Shown: positions 23,989 through 34,639, numbered from the stretch's first letter. The stretch: 64,000 bases of DNA from Methanotrichaceae archaeon (GCA_963803145.1 CAWDLW010000013.1:20721-84720), one strand, 5' to 3'. Numbers and translations are program-made. The notes: generated by a model from the letters alone, not told the origin.

Positions 23989-25443
23989 TTAAATCGATAG
24001 TTTTCTAAATGCTTCACGAAAGAACAAAATCTCCTCTTTTTTAAACCCACCTAAGAGCAACAACACTACAAAATATATAATGGCACAAACTGAGACCAGG
24101 ATAACCACCTGTAATAGGCCTACTGGAGTCCATCGGGCAATTACCAGGGACATAACCCCAGAAGCGAATATGCTTTTCAGCACAAATATTTTGTCCACAG
24201 GGAACATGAAGTACTTGAAGGAATAGTATGTAGTTAATATAAAAATAAATGAGAAAGTTGCTAGAGCAGTTGCCGCTGCTCCGATTATTCCTATATGAGG
24301 GACAAGGACAGCATTTAATGTCATATTCAACAGAGCTGCAGTGATCCATATAGCGCTTGTTAGGGGTGTTTTTTTCTTCAGGAGAATTGTGTTGGACAGG
24401 ATGACAAGAATTCCTAATAAAAGTGAGCTTATGGCTGTAAATGGCGTTATAAGGTATCCCTGGGAGGCTATTTGCGGGGTTGACAGCACCGCCAGCATAG
24501 GCCTTGACAAAAGAGATAATCCCACGGTAGAAGGTATGGCCACAGCCAGGAAGTACTTCAAAGAATAGCTAAGTACAAATTCAACCTGTTTGAGATTATT
24601 CAAATCATAATAACGCGATAAGAGAGAAGGAAGAAGGAATGAGAGTGGGGCAGCAAATATATTGATTATATTGCCCAATAAATATCCTGGCGAATAGAAC
24701 CCAACAAAGGCTGTTCCTAGAAAGAAGCTGATAAAATAGCGATCACTGGAATTTACCGCCCAGCTGGCAAGGCCTTGAGGAACAGCGGGCAGGCCAAAGT
24801 GGAGTAGCTCTCTGATGTTAAGAAACATTGGCACCTTGATGCCTATCTCGGAAACTATCAGGATGAACATAACGGAAAATAGCAGATATCGAGTCAACAC
24901 AAGGCCAACTGCAGCGCCGTAAATGCCCTGACCTGACAAGACAAAATAAGTAACGAAAATTATACTAATGTATGTGTTTATTATCATAAAAAAAGAATGT
25001 TTTTTTATCTTCTGAAAAGTTCTAAAAAAATTGAATAGCATTCCGTTTAAGGGTTCAATAAAGAATAACAGGGGCAAAAGCCTTGTCACTGCCAGATTGT
25101 TGTTGAACAATGTTTTAGCTATAGGCACTGAGAATAGAAAAACAGCCAGTGAAGAAATCATAGCAGTGAAGATGGTTATAACAAAAATGGAATAGAAATC
25201 CTCCAGAACACGCTCTTTACTTTTCTCAGATGCAAGAAATCTGATCATAGAGGCGGTCAGGCCGAGCTGTACAACTGTAGATATCAATCCTATCGTAACG
25301 TTGATTTGAGCCCATATTCCATAATCGCTTGCGGGAACATTTTTTGTTAAAATGGGCACTAGGAGAATACCGCTGAAGCTTGAGAGGAGATTTGTTACAC
25401 CAACTAGACCGATTCTTTGCGCAAAGAGCCTGTATTCAATCAT
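23989..25443 (-). CDS. Oligosaccharide flippase (Wzx/MOP superfamily)
   Basis: Many TM helices; DYGIW, SDRYFI..FLG...VGFYS, GIIGAA. Confidence 0.88.
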   Translation of the reverse strand: MIEYRLFAQRIGLVGVTNLLSSFSGILLVPILTKNVPASDYGIWAQINVTIGLISTVVQLGLTASMIRFLASEKSKERVLEDFYSIFVITIFTAMISSLAVFLFSVPIAKTLFNNNLAVTRLLPLLFFIEPLNGMLFNFFRTFQKIKKHSFFMIINTYISIIFVTYFVLSGQGIYGAAVGLVLTRYLLFSVMFILIVSEIGIKVPMFLNIRELLHFGLPAVPQGLASWAVNSSDRYFISFFLGTAFVGFYSPGYLLGNIINIFAAPLSFLLPSLLSRYYDLNNLKQVEFVLSYSLKYFLAVAIPSTVGLSLLSRPMLAVLSTPQIASQGYLITPFTAISSLLLGILVILSNTILLKKKTPLTSAIWITAALLNMTLNAVLVPHIGIIGAAATALATFSFIFILTTYYSFKYFMFPVDKIFVLKSIFASGVMSLVIARWTPVGLLQVVILVSVCAIIYFVVLLLLGGFKKEEILFFREAFRKLSI

Positions 25444-25484
25444 AATTGATTTCTATTGGCATTTAGGAGAGAAGACGGAATTCA

Positions 25485-26690
25485 TCAGGGCCCAAGATAA
25501 ATTATATCCATATTCTCTGTGCCCAAAATCAACTTTCTAAGCTCCTCGCAATTTATGGGCCGCTTGAATTCACTGCACATCTTAACGCGCTCAGCTAAAT
25601 CACAGAGTTCGTTCTCCTTAAGGTGATATCCCATGCGCTCTGTGATATACTTCAGTGCCTTTGCGCCAGTGTGCTTGCCTATAATTATATGCCTGGCTGC
25701 GCCAACCATTTCTGGTGAATAGAGCTCATATGTCCTCGGCTCTTCAAGGACGGCTGCAACATGAATTCCCGACTCGTGGGCAAAGGCGTTTGCGCCGACG
25801 ACTGCCTTATTCTTGGAGACAGATATGCCTGAATAGGACTCGACAAGCTTGGAGATATCTTTCAGCTTGGAGAGGTCATAGCGATCGATGCCATGATGCA
25901 CCCTCAAAGCCATCAGCAGCTCCTCCAGTGGAGTGTTGCCGCTGCGTTCACCAATCCCGTTAACTGTAGTATGAAGCTGCTTAGCGCCCGCCTCAGCGCC
26001 CGCAAGCGTGTTTGCAAGCGCCATGCCAAGATCATCGTGGCAATGCATGCATATAGGGATTTTCACGACTTTCTTTATCTCACTGATCATGAAGTACGTA
26101 GTGCGCGGGTTCATTATGCCGACAGTATCGGCCATGCTTATGTAGTCAGCATGATATTCCTCGGCCTTTTTATAGAGCTTCTTTAGGATATCGAAGTCTG
26201 TACGCGTGGCATCCTCTGCAGAAAATCTGACTATTAAACCATGGTCTTTAGCGTACTCCACAGTGTCCAGAGCGCAGCGTATAGCCTCAGGACAGCTCAT
26301 ATGGAGCTTATGCTTTAAATGAAGCTCTGATGCTGCAATAAATATACTTATCATATCCACGCCGCAATCCAAGGCAGCATCTACATCGCCTTTAACAGAC
26401 CTGGAGAGCGCAGATATTTTTGCGTTCAATTCCAGATCACAAACTTCTTTTACGGCGTTCTTCTCAGCAGCTGAGACCACGGGAAAACCAGCCTCGATAA
26501 CCTCGATGCCTATCTCATCCAGCCGCAAAGCTATGTCCAGCTTCTCATCTGCACGAAAGACTACACCTGGCATTTGCTCGCCATCGCGAAGGGTCACATC
26601 GCATATCTCGATATCGAGCGGAGGTGTCCCGGCCAGCGCCAGAAATTGGTTCAGAGAGTAGTCTTGCATCGCAAGTAAATGATGATTCAT
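25485..26690 (-). CDS. aksA: Homocitrate synthase family protein (AksA-like, DRE-TIM)
   Basis: DVTLRDGEQ, HCHDDLG, NGIGERSGN, HESGIH; no LeuA regulatory domain. Confidence 0.75.
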   Translation of the reverse strand: MNHHLLAMQDYSLNQFLALAGTPPLDIEICDVTLRDGEQMPGVVFRADEKLDIALRLDEIGIEVIEAGFPVVSAAEKNAVKEVCDLELNAKISALSRSVKGDVDAALDCGVDMISIFIAASELHLKHKLHMSCPEAIRCALDTVEYAKDHGLIVRFSAEDATRTDFDILKKLYKKAEEYHADYISMADTVGIMNPRTTYFMISEIKKVVKIPICMHCHDDLGMALANTLAGAEAGAKQLHTTVNGIGERSGNTPLEELLMALRVHHGIDRYDLSKLKDISKLVESYSGISVSKNKAVVGANAFAHESGIHVAAVLEEPRTYELYSPEMVGAARHIIIGKHTGAKALKYITERMGYHLKENELCDLAERVKMCSEFKRPINCEELRKLILGTENMDIIYLGP

Positions 26691-26803
26691 TACATAAATC
26701 GGTTTCGAAGGAAGTATATTTCCGGCAGACAGTATCAGAAATGCCTGCTCAAATTTGTAATGGAACTGGCCATCATAATAGTATTACTGCGACGTAGTTG
26801 CTG

Positions 26804-27364
26804 TTATAAATCGATAAACTTTTTTAAAATCCACCTATTCCTCACCTCGGGATGGAAAATTATGCCATAAATGGGTCTTGAGCAATGTCTGAAGGCATCA
26901 ATGCTGTCTCGCATCCCTGCTACTATTTGAAATCCCTCCGGCAATGTCACGCCATAATTATGGAGATGGTAGCCTTCGATTTCTCTAGGTACCCCTAACA
27001 GAGGGGTTTCTAAGACTATGTTTATCTTCTCAAGCCCAATAGCCGGCCTCGGAACTATGCGCCCTCCAGAGACTGCGCCTATGACCTGCATCCCTGCGCA
27101 GATTCCTAAGACAGGCCTTTTCCATTGCTTTATCCAAGAAAAAGACTCAAGACAATCGGCATAGGCATTATCCTTCAGAGCAGTGCCGCATAGGATCGTT
27201 TTATCTGAGCATGTTAGCAGATCATCTGAGATCTCAGTGAAATGAACTATTTTTGCCTGCGCTTCTGCGCGCTTAAGCGTATCAGCAATAGGATACACGA
27301 ACTCATATTTGGAGAGCGAATCCTCCTCGTGGCACAGGTCGACGAGCAATACCTTTTGGGTCAT
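26804..27364 (-). CDS. Class I glutamine amidotransferase (stand-alone glutaminase subunit)
   Basis: PVLGICAGMQ nucleophile elbow and FHPE His-Glu. Confidence 0.82.
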   Translation of the reverse strand: MTQKVLLVDLCHEEDSLSKYEFVYPIADTLKRAEAQAKIVHFTEISDDLLTCSDKTILCGTALKDNAYADCLESFSWIKQWKRPVLGICAGMQVIGAVSGGRIVPRPAIGLEKINIVLETPLLGVPREIEGYHLHNYGVTLPEGFQIVAGMRDSIDAFRHCSRPIYGIIFHPEVRNRWILKKFIDL

Positions 27365-28041
27365 TTATTTACTAATCTTGCCTCCTCGATGATGTATTGC
27401 CCTCGATAGTTCTCATAGGTTTTCGATGCCTTCAATATCTCTATACGCTTACTGAACATAGGTCCATCCAGGACAAAGGTCTCAAGCTCGCCACCTTCGC
27501 CTGTAGGGTTTATCTTATATTTCCTCTGTAGCTGCTCCAGTGCCTGTATGCGCTCCTCAGTTATCATAGCTCCGACCCATGATTCATCGAAGGGATATGC
27601 GAAGACGCCTGAGATTATGATTTCAAAGCCTTTTGATAATAGTAATCGCAAGTAATCTATCTGGTTTATCTGCCATAATGGATTTAGACACCATAAATCC
27701 ATGTCTCGGCATATCCTCTGCACACGCGATGCCTGGTAGACAGATTCAATTGCACCAGTGACAATGCCCTCAATGCGGAACCGGTCCCTGGCAGCAGCAA
27801 TTGCAGATTTCAGATCCACGAGTTCTGTCTCCTTTTGACCAACAGTATGCTGGACGAGTAATGGTATCCCAATAGCTTCTGCCTGAATATCAGTATGCCT
27901 GATGTTGGGAGTGTGGAACATATAGCTCTCATCATTCTCGGATATTAGGGTGATTAAGCATGCTACAGAGTTCTTTTCCATGGCGCGATAGCATGCGAAG
28001 CTCGAGTCCTTGCCACCCGAGAAGAGCACGCCTAGCCTCAT
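27361..28041 (-). CDS. dph6: Diphthine--ammonia ligase (Dph6/MJ0570 family)
   Basis: MRLGVLFSGGKDS PP-loop, SYMFH, GAIES.YQ..R, GEGGE.ET; probable ATG at 28041. Confidence 0.88.
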   Translation of the reverse strand: MRLGVLFSGGKDSSFACYRAMEKNSVACLITLISENDESYMFHTPNIRHTDIQAEAIGIPLLVQHTVGQKETELVDLKSAIAAARDRFRIEGIVTGAIESVYQASRVQRICRDMDLWCLNPLWQINQIDYLRLLLSKGFEIIISGVFAYPFDESWVGAMITEERIQALEQLQRKYKINPTGEGGELETFVLDGPMFSKRIEILKASKTYENYRGQYIIEEARLVNK

Positions 28042-28362
28042 AGAGAGAACTGCAAAGCCGATGTTTAAAAAGATTTTGTAGACCGATTTATAGATAGATA
28101 AGCATATGCTAAGTTTACAGGCATTTTCTGGCTTAAATGTGTTATCCAAAATTTTAAATAGCTTGCATGAGCAGTATTGAATATGAAACTGAAGCTAGTA
28201 TTGTTAGCGGTAGTCGGTTTATTGGCATATCATTGGATTAAAAATAAGTGCCCTATTTGCCAATATATGAAAAAGTAATTTCCAATATCACTTAAACAGC
28301 CCTAGACTGTTTTCTGCCTGGGACTTATCTTTTATTTAAAGTTGAAAGATTTAGGAGTATTC

Positions 28363-28854
28363 ATGAGCGAAGAAGAAAGAAAGAACCAAGCAAAAATTAT
28401 TATTCATGCTGCTGCAGCTGCATCTGCAGGCACAGCGGCTGTTCTATCCAAAAAGAGCATTTTAGGAGCATTTCTGAAGGCGGACACGCCTGTTCTGACA
28501 GCAATCGCTGTAGGAATGGTATTAGCTCTGGGAAAGCTCTTTGATCCAGATATGGGAAGTTCGACAGCAGTTACCTTATTGACCAAATATATTGGGTCAG
28601 GTGTGGAGATAGCTGGTGCAAAAAGTCTTGTTGGCTGGATTCCGCTTCTTGGAAATGCAGCCAATGCCACAATCACATTCGGGTTTATGGAAGCACTGGG
28701 ATGGAAAATATATAGCCACTTTGATGAAACATATAACGATAAAGCCGCTGAACCTATTAAGGCTCCCAAACTTTGGAACATCCCTGTTACCAAAAAGATC
28801 TTAATTACTGAAGATACGCCAAAGTCGGTTACTAAAAAGATTCCAATAACCTGA
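28363..28854 (+). CDS. DUF697-like membrane-associated protein
   Basis: Ala-rich helices, AD..VL...GM, WIPLLGN...T...ALGW; AGGAG RBS. Confidence 0.55.
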   Translation: MSEEERKNQAKIIIHAAAAASAGTAAVLSKKSILGAFLKADTPVLTAIAVGMVLALGKLFDPDMGSSTAVTLLTKYIGSGVEIAGAKSLVGWIPLLGNAANATITFGFMEALGWKIYSHFDETYNDKAAEPIKAPKLWNIPVTKKILITEDTPKSVTKKIPIT

Positions 28855-28913
28855 TTGAGAGGGCATCGAATATATTAGCAATAATCAGAATGTGAGCTAT
28901 TAAAGGATTGAAG

Positions 28914-28963
28914 GGTATGCCATATCGGATATTGCCATATCAGATGGTATCTGATGGCATACC
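28914..28963. repeat. Nested inverted repeat upstream of the acyl-CoA synthetase
   Basis: GGTATGCCAT...ATGGCATACC enclosing ATCAGAT-ggt-ATCTGAT. Confidence 0.6.
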
Positions 28964-29095
28964 TTAAAGATTCGACACTGTTCATTCATCATATTTTATA
29001 TTATTATTCATAAATTTATAGTATATAAGCCTGAACATCCATTAAACTTGATGAAAGATAATGTTATATGCACAAAACGAATGCATGTTGAATCC

Positions 29096-30805
29096 ATGCC
29101 AGGTAAAGTATCCAACAGCTATGCATTCCAGGGCTCTGAAAAACCGCTCATTGGAAAGACAATTGGAGAAACATTTGATGAAATAGCAGAGAAATACCCT
29201 GACAACGATGCAATTGTATCAATTCACCAGAACCAACGATTCACCTATCGCGAGCTGGAAGATGCGGTCAACCGCACAGCAAAAGGTTTTATCGGAATTG
29301 GGCTAAAGAAAGGCGACCGTCTGGCAATTTGGGCCACGAATATTGCCGAATGGATCATCACTCAGATTGCATCCGCAAAAGTAGGCATCATCCTGGTAAA
29401 CATTAATCCCGCTTACAGAACCCACGAGCTTGAGTATGCCCTGCGTCAATCGGAGGCTCAGGCATTGCTGCTTATAGATAAGTTCAAAACCTCGGATTAT
29501 GTTCAAATGCTCAATGAGGTCTGCCCTGAGATAAGAACAAGCAAGCCAGGCCAGATACACTCTGAGAAGTTGCCCTTCTTGAGAACAGCGGTCTTGATCC
29601 GCGGCGACAAGCAGCCAGGCATGTACTCATGGGATGAGGTTCTGAAAATAGGCGATCAAATAGATGATGAATTGTTAACTGAACGAAAGGATGCACTTGA
29701 TTTCGATGACCCCATCAACATCCAGTACACTTCGGGCACTACAGGCTTTCCAAAAGGCGTTGTCCTGACACATCACAACCTTGTGAATAATGGCTATTTC
29801 ATCGGAGAGTGCATGAAGTTCAGTGAGAAAGATCGGCTTTGTATACCAGTGCCATTCTATCACTGCTTCGGCATGGTGCTTTCAAACATGGCATGTTTGA
29901 CCCATGGTGCCGCAATGGTTCTCCCGGCGGAGTACTTCGATCCTGTATCAACCATGGCAGCAGTCGAAAAGGAACGATGCACTGCTCTCCATGGCGTGCC
30001 CACAATGTTCATAGCCGAACTTGAGCATCCGGAATTCAATAAATTTGATTTCAGATCGCTGCGAACGGGCATTATGGCCGGCTCGCCATGCCCCATTGAG
30101 TTCATGAAGAAGGTCAGCACCCTCATGAATATGCAGGAGGTTGTCATAACCTACGGTCAGACCGAGGCATCTCCTGGCATCACCATGTCCTCAACAGAGG
30201 ACCCTATGGAGCGCAGGGTCTCTACAGTGGGCAAGCCCATGCCTCACACTGAAATGAAGATTGTAGACCCCAAGAACGGCAAAATGGTTCCACGAGGCGA
30301 GACAGGAGAGATATGTGCTCGAGGATATGCGATCATGCGCTGCTACTACAATAATCCTGTTGCAACAGAAGGCGCGGTGGACAAGGAAGGTTGGTTGCAC
30401 ACCGGAGATCTAGGTGTCCTTGATGAAGAAGACTACTGCAAAATAACAGGCAGGCTGAAGGATATGGTGATCAGGGGAGGCGAGAACGTCTACCCTAGGG
30501 AAATCGAGGAGTTTCTCTACACTCATCCAGCCATAAGCGATGTACAGGTCATAGGAGTGCCTGATATAAAATATGGCGAAGAGCTGATGGCATGGGTTAA
30601 GCTTAAGGAAGGCCAAAGCGTGAAGCCTGAGGATATTAAAGCCTTCTGCAAGGGAAAAATCGCGCACTACAAGGTCCCCAGGTACATCAAGTTCGTCGAC
30701 TCCTTCCCAATGACCATTACAGGCAAGATCCAGAAGTACAAGATGAGAGAGGAATCCATCAAGGAGTTGGGCCTGGAACAAGTGGCCAAGATGAAAACAG
30801 CTTGA
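29096..30805 (+). CDS. AMP-binding acyl-CoA synthetase
   Basis: QYTSGTTGFPKG, YGQTE, LHTGD, GRLKDMVIRGGEN, TGKIQK. Confidence 0.93.
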   Translation: MPGKVSNSYAFQGSEKPLIGKTIGETFDEIAEKYPDNDAIVSIHQNQRFTYRELEDAVNRTAKGFIGIGLKKGDRLAIWATNIAEWIITQIASAKVGIILVNINPAYRTHELEYALRQSEAQALLLIDKFKTSDYVQMLNEVCPEIRTSKPGQIHSEKLPFLRTAVLIRGDKQPGMYSWDEVLKIGDQIDDELLTERKDALDFDDPINIQYTSGTTGFPKGVVLTHHNLVNNGYFIGECMKFSEKDRLCIPVPFYHCFGMVLSNMACLTHGAAMVLPAEYFDPVSTMAAVEKERCTALHGVPTMFIAELEHPEFNKFDFRSLRTGIMAGSPCPIEFMKKVSTLMNMQEVVITYGQTEASPGITMSSTEDPMERRVSTVGKPMPHTEMKIVDPKNGKMVPRGETGEICARGYAIMRCYYNNPVATEGAVDKEGWLHTGDLGVLDEEDYCKITGRLKDMVIRGGENVYPREIEEFLYTHPAISDVQVIGVPDIKYGEELMAWVKLKEGQSVKPEDIKAFCKGKIAHYKVPRYIKFVDSFPMTITGKIQKYKMREESIKELGLEQVAKMKTA

Positions 30806-30824
30806 TTATGATTTGACTCTGTTG

Positions 30825-30865
30825 GATCAAGGCCCTTCGACGCCTAAGGAAAGAAGGGTTTGATC
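30825..30865. terminator. Hairpin between convergent genes
   Basis: GATCAAGGCCCTTC ... GAAGGGTTTGATC followed by a T-rich tract. Confidence 0.45.
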
Positions 30866-30923
30866 TTTCAATATTTTGTTTCATTCAGATTCATAAAACC
30901 ACTCATATTAAAATTCAGGATAC

Positions 30924-31610
30924 TCAAACGCTCAAAATAGTTAGAGCGAAAGAAGCTAGTACAGTTATATTTATCACCGATATAGCCACCTGAATAAGCA
31001 TCAACAGTTTTGCTCTTTGCGATAGTGGCAAGGTATCCGTAGGCCCGAAGGTGAAGGTAGTGCTGAAGGCCAAAAACAAGTAGTCAAAATACTCTGGAGC
31101 CCAATTGGCGAACTGAGGAATCGCAGATGTCCTTTGGGGAAAAAGGAAATCCCAGGGCTCCGATTCCCTGGAAGTCCATCTCCTCAGATTGGGGCAATCT
31201 ATGATCCAATACCACATGGAAAAGATAAGAATGTTGATTGTCATTACCAGAAATGTATCCCTTATCAACTGATTTAGATGTGATGAATTTTCGGCACTTA
31301 GATTGGTTGTCAAGAGCACCGTGCTGATGAACAACTCCAAAGTCAGCAGCCCATTTATAGCGACTATCAGCTTGCTGAAGTATTTAGTCATCCCCAGGAA
31401 CCAGAAGATCACAATTGGCAGAAAAATAACTTGCTTTATCAGACTCCAAATCAAATTCTCAGATTGCAAGATCCAGGGGAATGCGTGCATTACCAGCAGG
31501 TGGGCCGTAGAAGTATCTGCAGAGAGAGAATTTTGCATAAAGAGAACTGCTAAAATCATTAAGATAGCCAGCGTCTCGGCTCTTATTGAGTAACTAGACA
31601 GGCCCTTCAT
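30924..31610 (-). CDS. DUF1345-like membrane protein
   Basis: TM helices; DFLFPQ, P.YFDYLFLAF....TFGPTD...LS.RAK. Confidence 0.7.
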   Translation of the reverse strand: MKGLSSYSIRAETLAILMILAVLFMQNSLSADTSTAHLLVMHAFPWILQSENLIWSLIKQVIFLPIVIFWFLGMTKYFSKLIVAINGLLTLELFISTVLLTTNLSAENSSHLNQLIRDTFLVMTINILIFSMWYWIIDCPNLRRWTSRESEPWDFLFPQRTSAIPQFANWAPEYFDYLFLAFSTTFTFGPTDTLPLSQRAKLLMLIQVAISVINITVLASFALTILSV

Positions 31611-31703
31611 GCTCTCACTAGGCTCGGGATAGCGCATAGTAATTGATTAATCTTTCTGCCGTGAAACAAACACTTTAAATAAAATGCGATAAGAGATGAA
31701 ATC

Positions 31704-31961
31704 ATGGCAATGGATGATACTGAGAAGAGATTGAAAGAGCTTTTATCGAAGGGTGCCTCTGAGGAAGAGATGTTGAAGCAGCTTAGCTTAGCCGAAGGCT
31801 GTGGCCTCAAAATCTGGTGTCAGGAGCAGATTGTCCCGGCATCAGGCAAGAAGATCCACCGCTGGTGCGGCTATGTCAAGAGGTGCGATGATCCTGCTGA
31901 GAACGTCGTAGAGCCGATATACGGCGCATGGATAGACGGCGAGTGTGCTGGAAAGGAGTAA
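31704..31961 (+). CDS. Small Cys-containing hypothetical protein
   Basis: 85-aa ORF with 5 Cys, filling an intergenic gap. Confidence 0.55.
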   Translation: MAMDDTEKRLKELLSKGASEEEMLKQLSLAEGCGLKIWCQEQIVPASGKKIHRWCGYVKRCDDPAENVVEPIYGAWIDGECAGKE

Positions 31962-32022
31962 AAGCTCTACTACTAAGTATAAAATTAGATTAAGGTAGTA
32001 TCAATAAATTACCATAAAATAA

Positions 32023-32232
32023 TTAATCTACCTTTGGAGCCACTCCTGCAAGGCCGATTAAACAGGCAAGGCAAGCCAGCAGATTGATCAGACTACCTGT
32101 TACCAGCGCCGCAATAAAGTTCAATGCCGCTGCAATTAGTATAGACCATATTGCCCAATGAACATTTTGTATTGAATTTTGTGCATTACCCATGCTCAGC
32201 TTCATTATCCCCACCTGACCAACGGTTCCCAT
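32023..32232 (-). CDS. Small two-TM hypothetical protein
   Basis: Two hydrophobic helices at the C-terminus; start uncertain. Confidence 0.4.
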   Translation of the reverse strand: MGTVGQVGIMKLSMGNAQNSIQNVHWAIWSILIAAALNFIAALVTGSLINLLACLACLIGLAGVAPKVD

Positions 32233-32474
32233 ATTGGCTCCGCGATCCTCATTAGCGTTATGATTTATTGTGAGATACACTATTCGGTTATAGTGCCGGG
32301 GATAAATGTCCTTCGGCCCGATCGGTCATTGGTCCAGTAGATCCTAGTAATAATCGCCTCTTGTAAATTACAATGCCGTATTGAGCTTAAATTGCAATAT
32401 CTGGAAGCTTTGAGACAATTTGCTAAAGAAAAAGGCCATAATGCTAGCAAAATAAAATTGGCGCTCTTGTGAGG

Positions 32475-33908
32475 TCAGAGCCCTATGCGTATATGCTTGA
32501 TCTCCAAGTAGCTTTCCAGACCAAAATGTCCAAGCTCCCGCCCAAAGCCGCTCTGCTTCCAGCCTCCAAAGGGCGCTTGAAGATCCATAACGTTGTTCAC
32601 ATTCACACCCACGCCGCCTGACTCCAACCGCTCCGCCGCGTAGATTGCGCTCTTCAAACTATTTGTGAATATGTAAGCTGCAAGGCCGTATTCTGTATCG
32701 TTCGCAAGCCGGATAGCCTCATCCAGCGTCTCGAACCTCATTAAGGGTGCAACAGGGCCAAAGGTCTCCTCACGCATAACTCTCATGCCGTGATTGACGC
32801 CTTCGAGAACTGTTGGCAGGAAAAAGAAGCCATTCTCATATTCCTCACCTTCAGGCTCATGGCCGCCACATAGCAGCTTTGCACCTTTTGAAATAGCATC
32901 ATTAATGTGATCTTTTGTCTTCTGACGCTGTGCCTCGCTCGCCATAGGGCCAAGATCTATACCAGGATTTAGTCCATTGCCTATTTTTAGTTTCATAGTG
33001 CGCTCAACAAGCTTTGAGGTGAACTCCTCCGTTATCTTCTCTGCCACGTAAACTCGGTTTACGCTGACGCAAATCTGGCCCATGTTGGAGAATGCCCGCT
33101 GCGCGCAGGATGCCGCTGCCTTGTCCAGATCGGCATCCTCGCAGACTATAAAAGGAGATTGCCCACCAAGTTCAAGGGATATGCGCTTGATGTTTTTTGC
33201 TGCCTGCTCCATAATCCATCTTCCAGTCTTCGTCTCACCCGTGAATGCAATCTTGCGGCTGATGGGATTCTCTACAAGCTCTGCTCCAACCTCGCTACCG
33301 GGGCCATGGACGACGTTCACAACGCCCGCAGGAGCACCTGCATCACTCACCGCCTTCACAAGCTCTGTCGCAGCCAATGGTGCAAGACTTGGGGGTTTTG
33401 CGACGATTGTGCAGCCCGCTACGAGAGCCGGACCGACCTTCCAGGACAGGAGATCAACAGGGAAGTTCCAGGGAGTAATGAGCACTGCAACGCCGATGGG
33501 CTGACGGATGATGATGCTCCGGCTGCTTGAAGATGCGAGTTCCTCGCCAACATTGCGCTTGCCTTCTTCAGCATAATAGTCCAGAACATCCGCTGAGTGC
33601 AGGACCTCCCGCCTTGCATCCTTCAACGGCTTGCCCATTTCTATGGTCAAGAGACGGGCGATCTCATCTACGCGCTGGCGAACCAAGCTTGCGCTCGTAT
33701 GCAAGATTTCGGCTCGCTTCTGGGGCGATGTCTCTGACCAGATGGGAAAAGCCTTTTGGGCAGCTTCCAGCGCAAGCCTCGCATCCTCGCGTGAACCAAC
33801 TGAGACCTCTGCGACAGGCTCCTGGTTTGCAGGATTGCGAATGGTCTCAACTTTGCCGGAGAGAGCTTCCCTGAGCTCTCCGTTGATGAGCATTTTTGAG
33901 CGCAGCAT
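32475..33908 (-). CDS. NAD(P)-dependent aldehyde dehydrogenase (succinate-semialdehyde dehydrogenase-like)
   Basis: ITPWNFP, FTGE, LELGG, GQICVS, EETFGP, PFGG.KQSG.GRE. Confidence 0.92.
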   Translation of the reverse strand: MLRSKMLINGELREALSGKVETIRNPANQEPVAEVSVGSREDARLALEAAQKAFPIWSETSPQKRAEILHTSASLVRQRVDEIARLLTIEMGKPLKDARREVLHSADVLDYYAEEGKRNVGEELASSSSRSIIIRQPIGVAVLITPWNFPVDLLSWKVGPALVAGCTIVAKPPSLAPLAATELVKAVSDAGAPAGVVNVVHGPGSEVGAELVENPISRKIAFTGETKTGRWIMEQAAKNIKRISLELGGQSPFIVCEDADLDKAAASCAQRAFSNMGQICVSVNRVYVAEKITEEFTSKLVERTMKLKIGNGLNPGIDLGPMASEAQRQKTKDHINDAISKGAKLLCGGHEPEGEEYENGFFFLPTVLEGVNHGMRVMREETFGPVAPLMRFETLDEAIRLANDTEYGLAAYIFTNSLKSAIYAAERLESGGVGVNVNNVMDLQAPFGGWKQSGFGRELGHFGLESYLEIKHIRIGL

Positions 33909-34084
33909 AATGATACCTGATGGTTTCTTATTAAGCAATCCCAAATATAATAACCGTTCCCCGTATGCATCTCCTCCGAAGATACAGCTCGGCTAAATAA
34001 GTCCTTATTTCATCGCAAAAGTTCTTAAAGAAAACAATTAGAACAATAAAGTAGTAATAGAATGAAGAATTGGGGGTAATATAT

Positions 34085-34639
34085 ATGGTTGAATCCTTTG
34101 CTGCAGATATCGCTTCCTGGAATAATTTCTATATGCTTGCAGGCTCAGCAGCGGCAACCCTCCTTGGCCTGCTATTCGTCGCAGTATCTCTTCACATCGA
34201 TATCATATCCAAAATAGGGAAATCTGGGGATGCGATGACATTCGCATTTCAGACCTTCGTAAATTTCTTGCTAATTCTATCGTTTGCTTTTATATTCATG
34301 ATTCCTAACCCAAGGCCCTCAGGGACGGGAGTTCCGCTTTTAATCTTAGGTCTATTAGAGCTATGGCGGACGGCAAGATTATGGAAGAGTTTTGAGTTCG
34401 GAGGCAAAGAGGGACGAGTCCTGGATGCCTGGGAGTTTCGATTGAGGCTGCTTATTCCGAATACTGCATGCTATATGGCGCTAATTTTCATATCTGTAGA
34501 GCTTCTCTTCGGAAATACTGCCTACCTCAGCTGGATGGTGATGGTGATAATATGGCTCCTGATCGCTGCCTCACAGAGCGCATGGATCCTTATGCTGCGC
34601 CTAGCTGAAATAAGGCAGGAGCAGAAGGCAAACGGTTAG
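34085..34639 (+). CDS. Membrane protein of unknown function
   Basis: W.NFY...GSAAATLLGLLFVAVSL start; about 5 TM segments. Confidence 0.7.
   Translation: MVESFAADIASWNNFYMLAGSAAATLLGLLFVAVSLHIDIISKIGKSGDAMTFAFQTFVNFLLILSFAFIFMIPNPRPSGTGVPLLILGLLELWRTARLWKSFEFGGKEGRVLDAWEFRLRLLIPNTACYMALIFISVELLFGNTAYLSWMVMVIIWLLIAASQSAWILMLRLAEIRQEQKANG

Noticed and set aside
28777-28851. VTKKI.IT duplicated in the DUF697 protein tail
   Set aside because: Two short copies only; no functional inference possible
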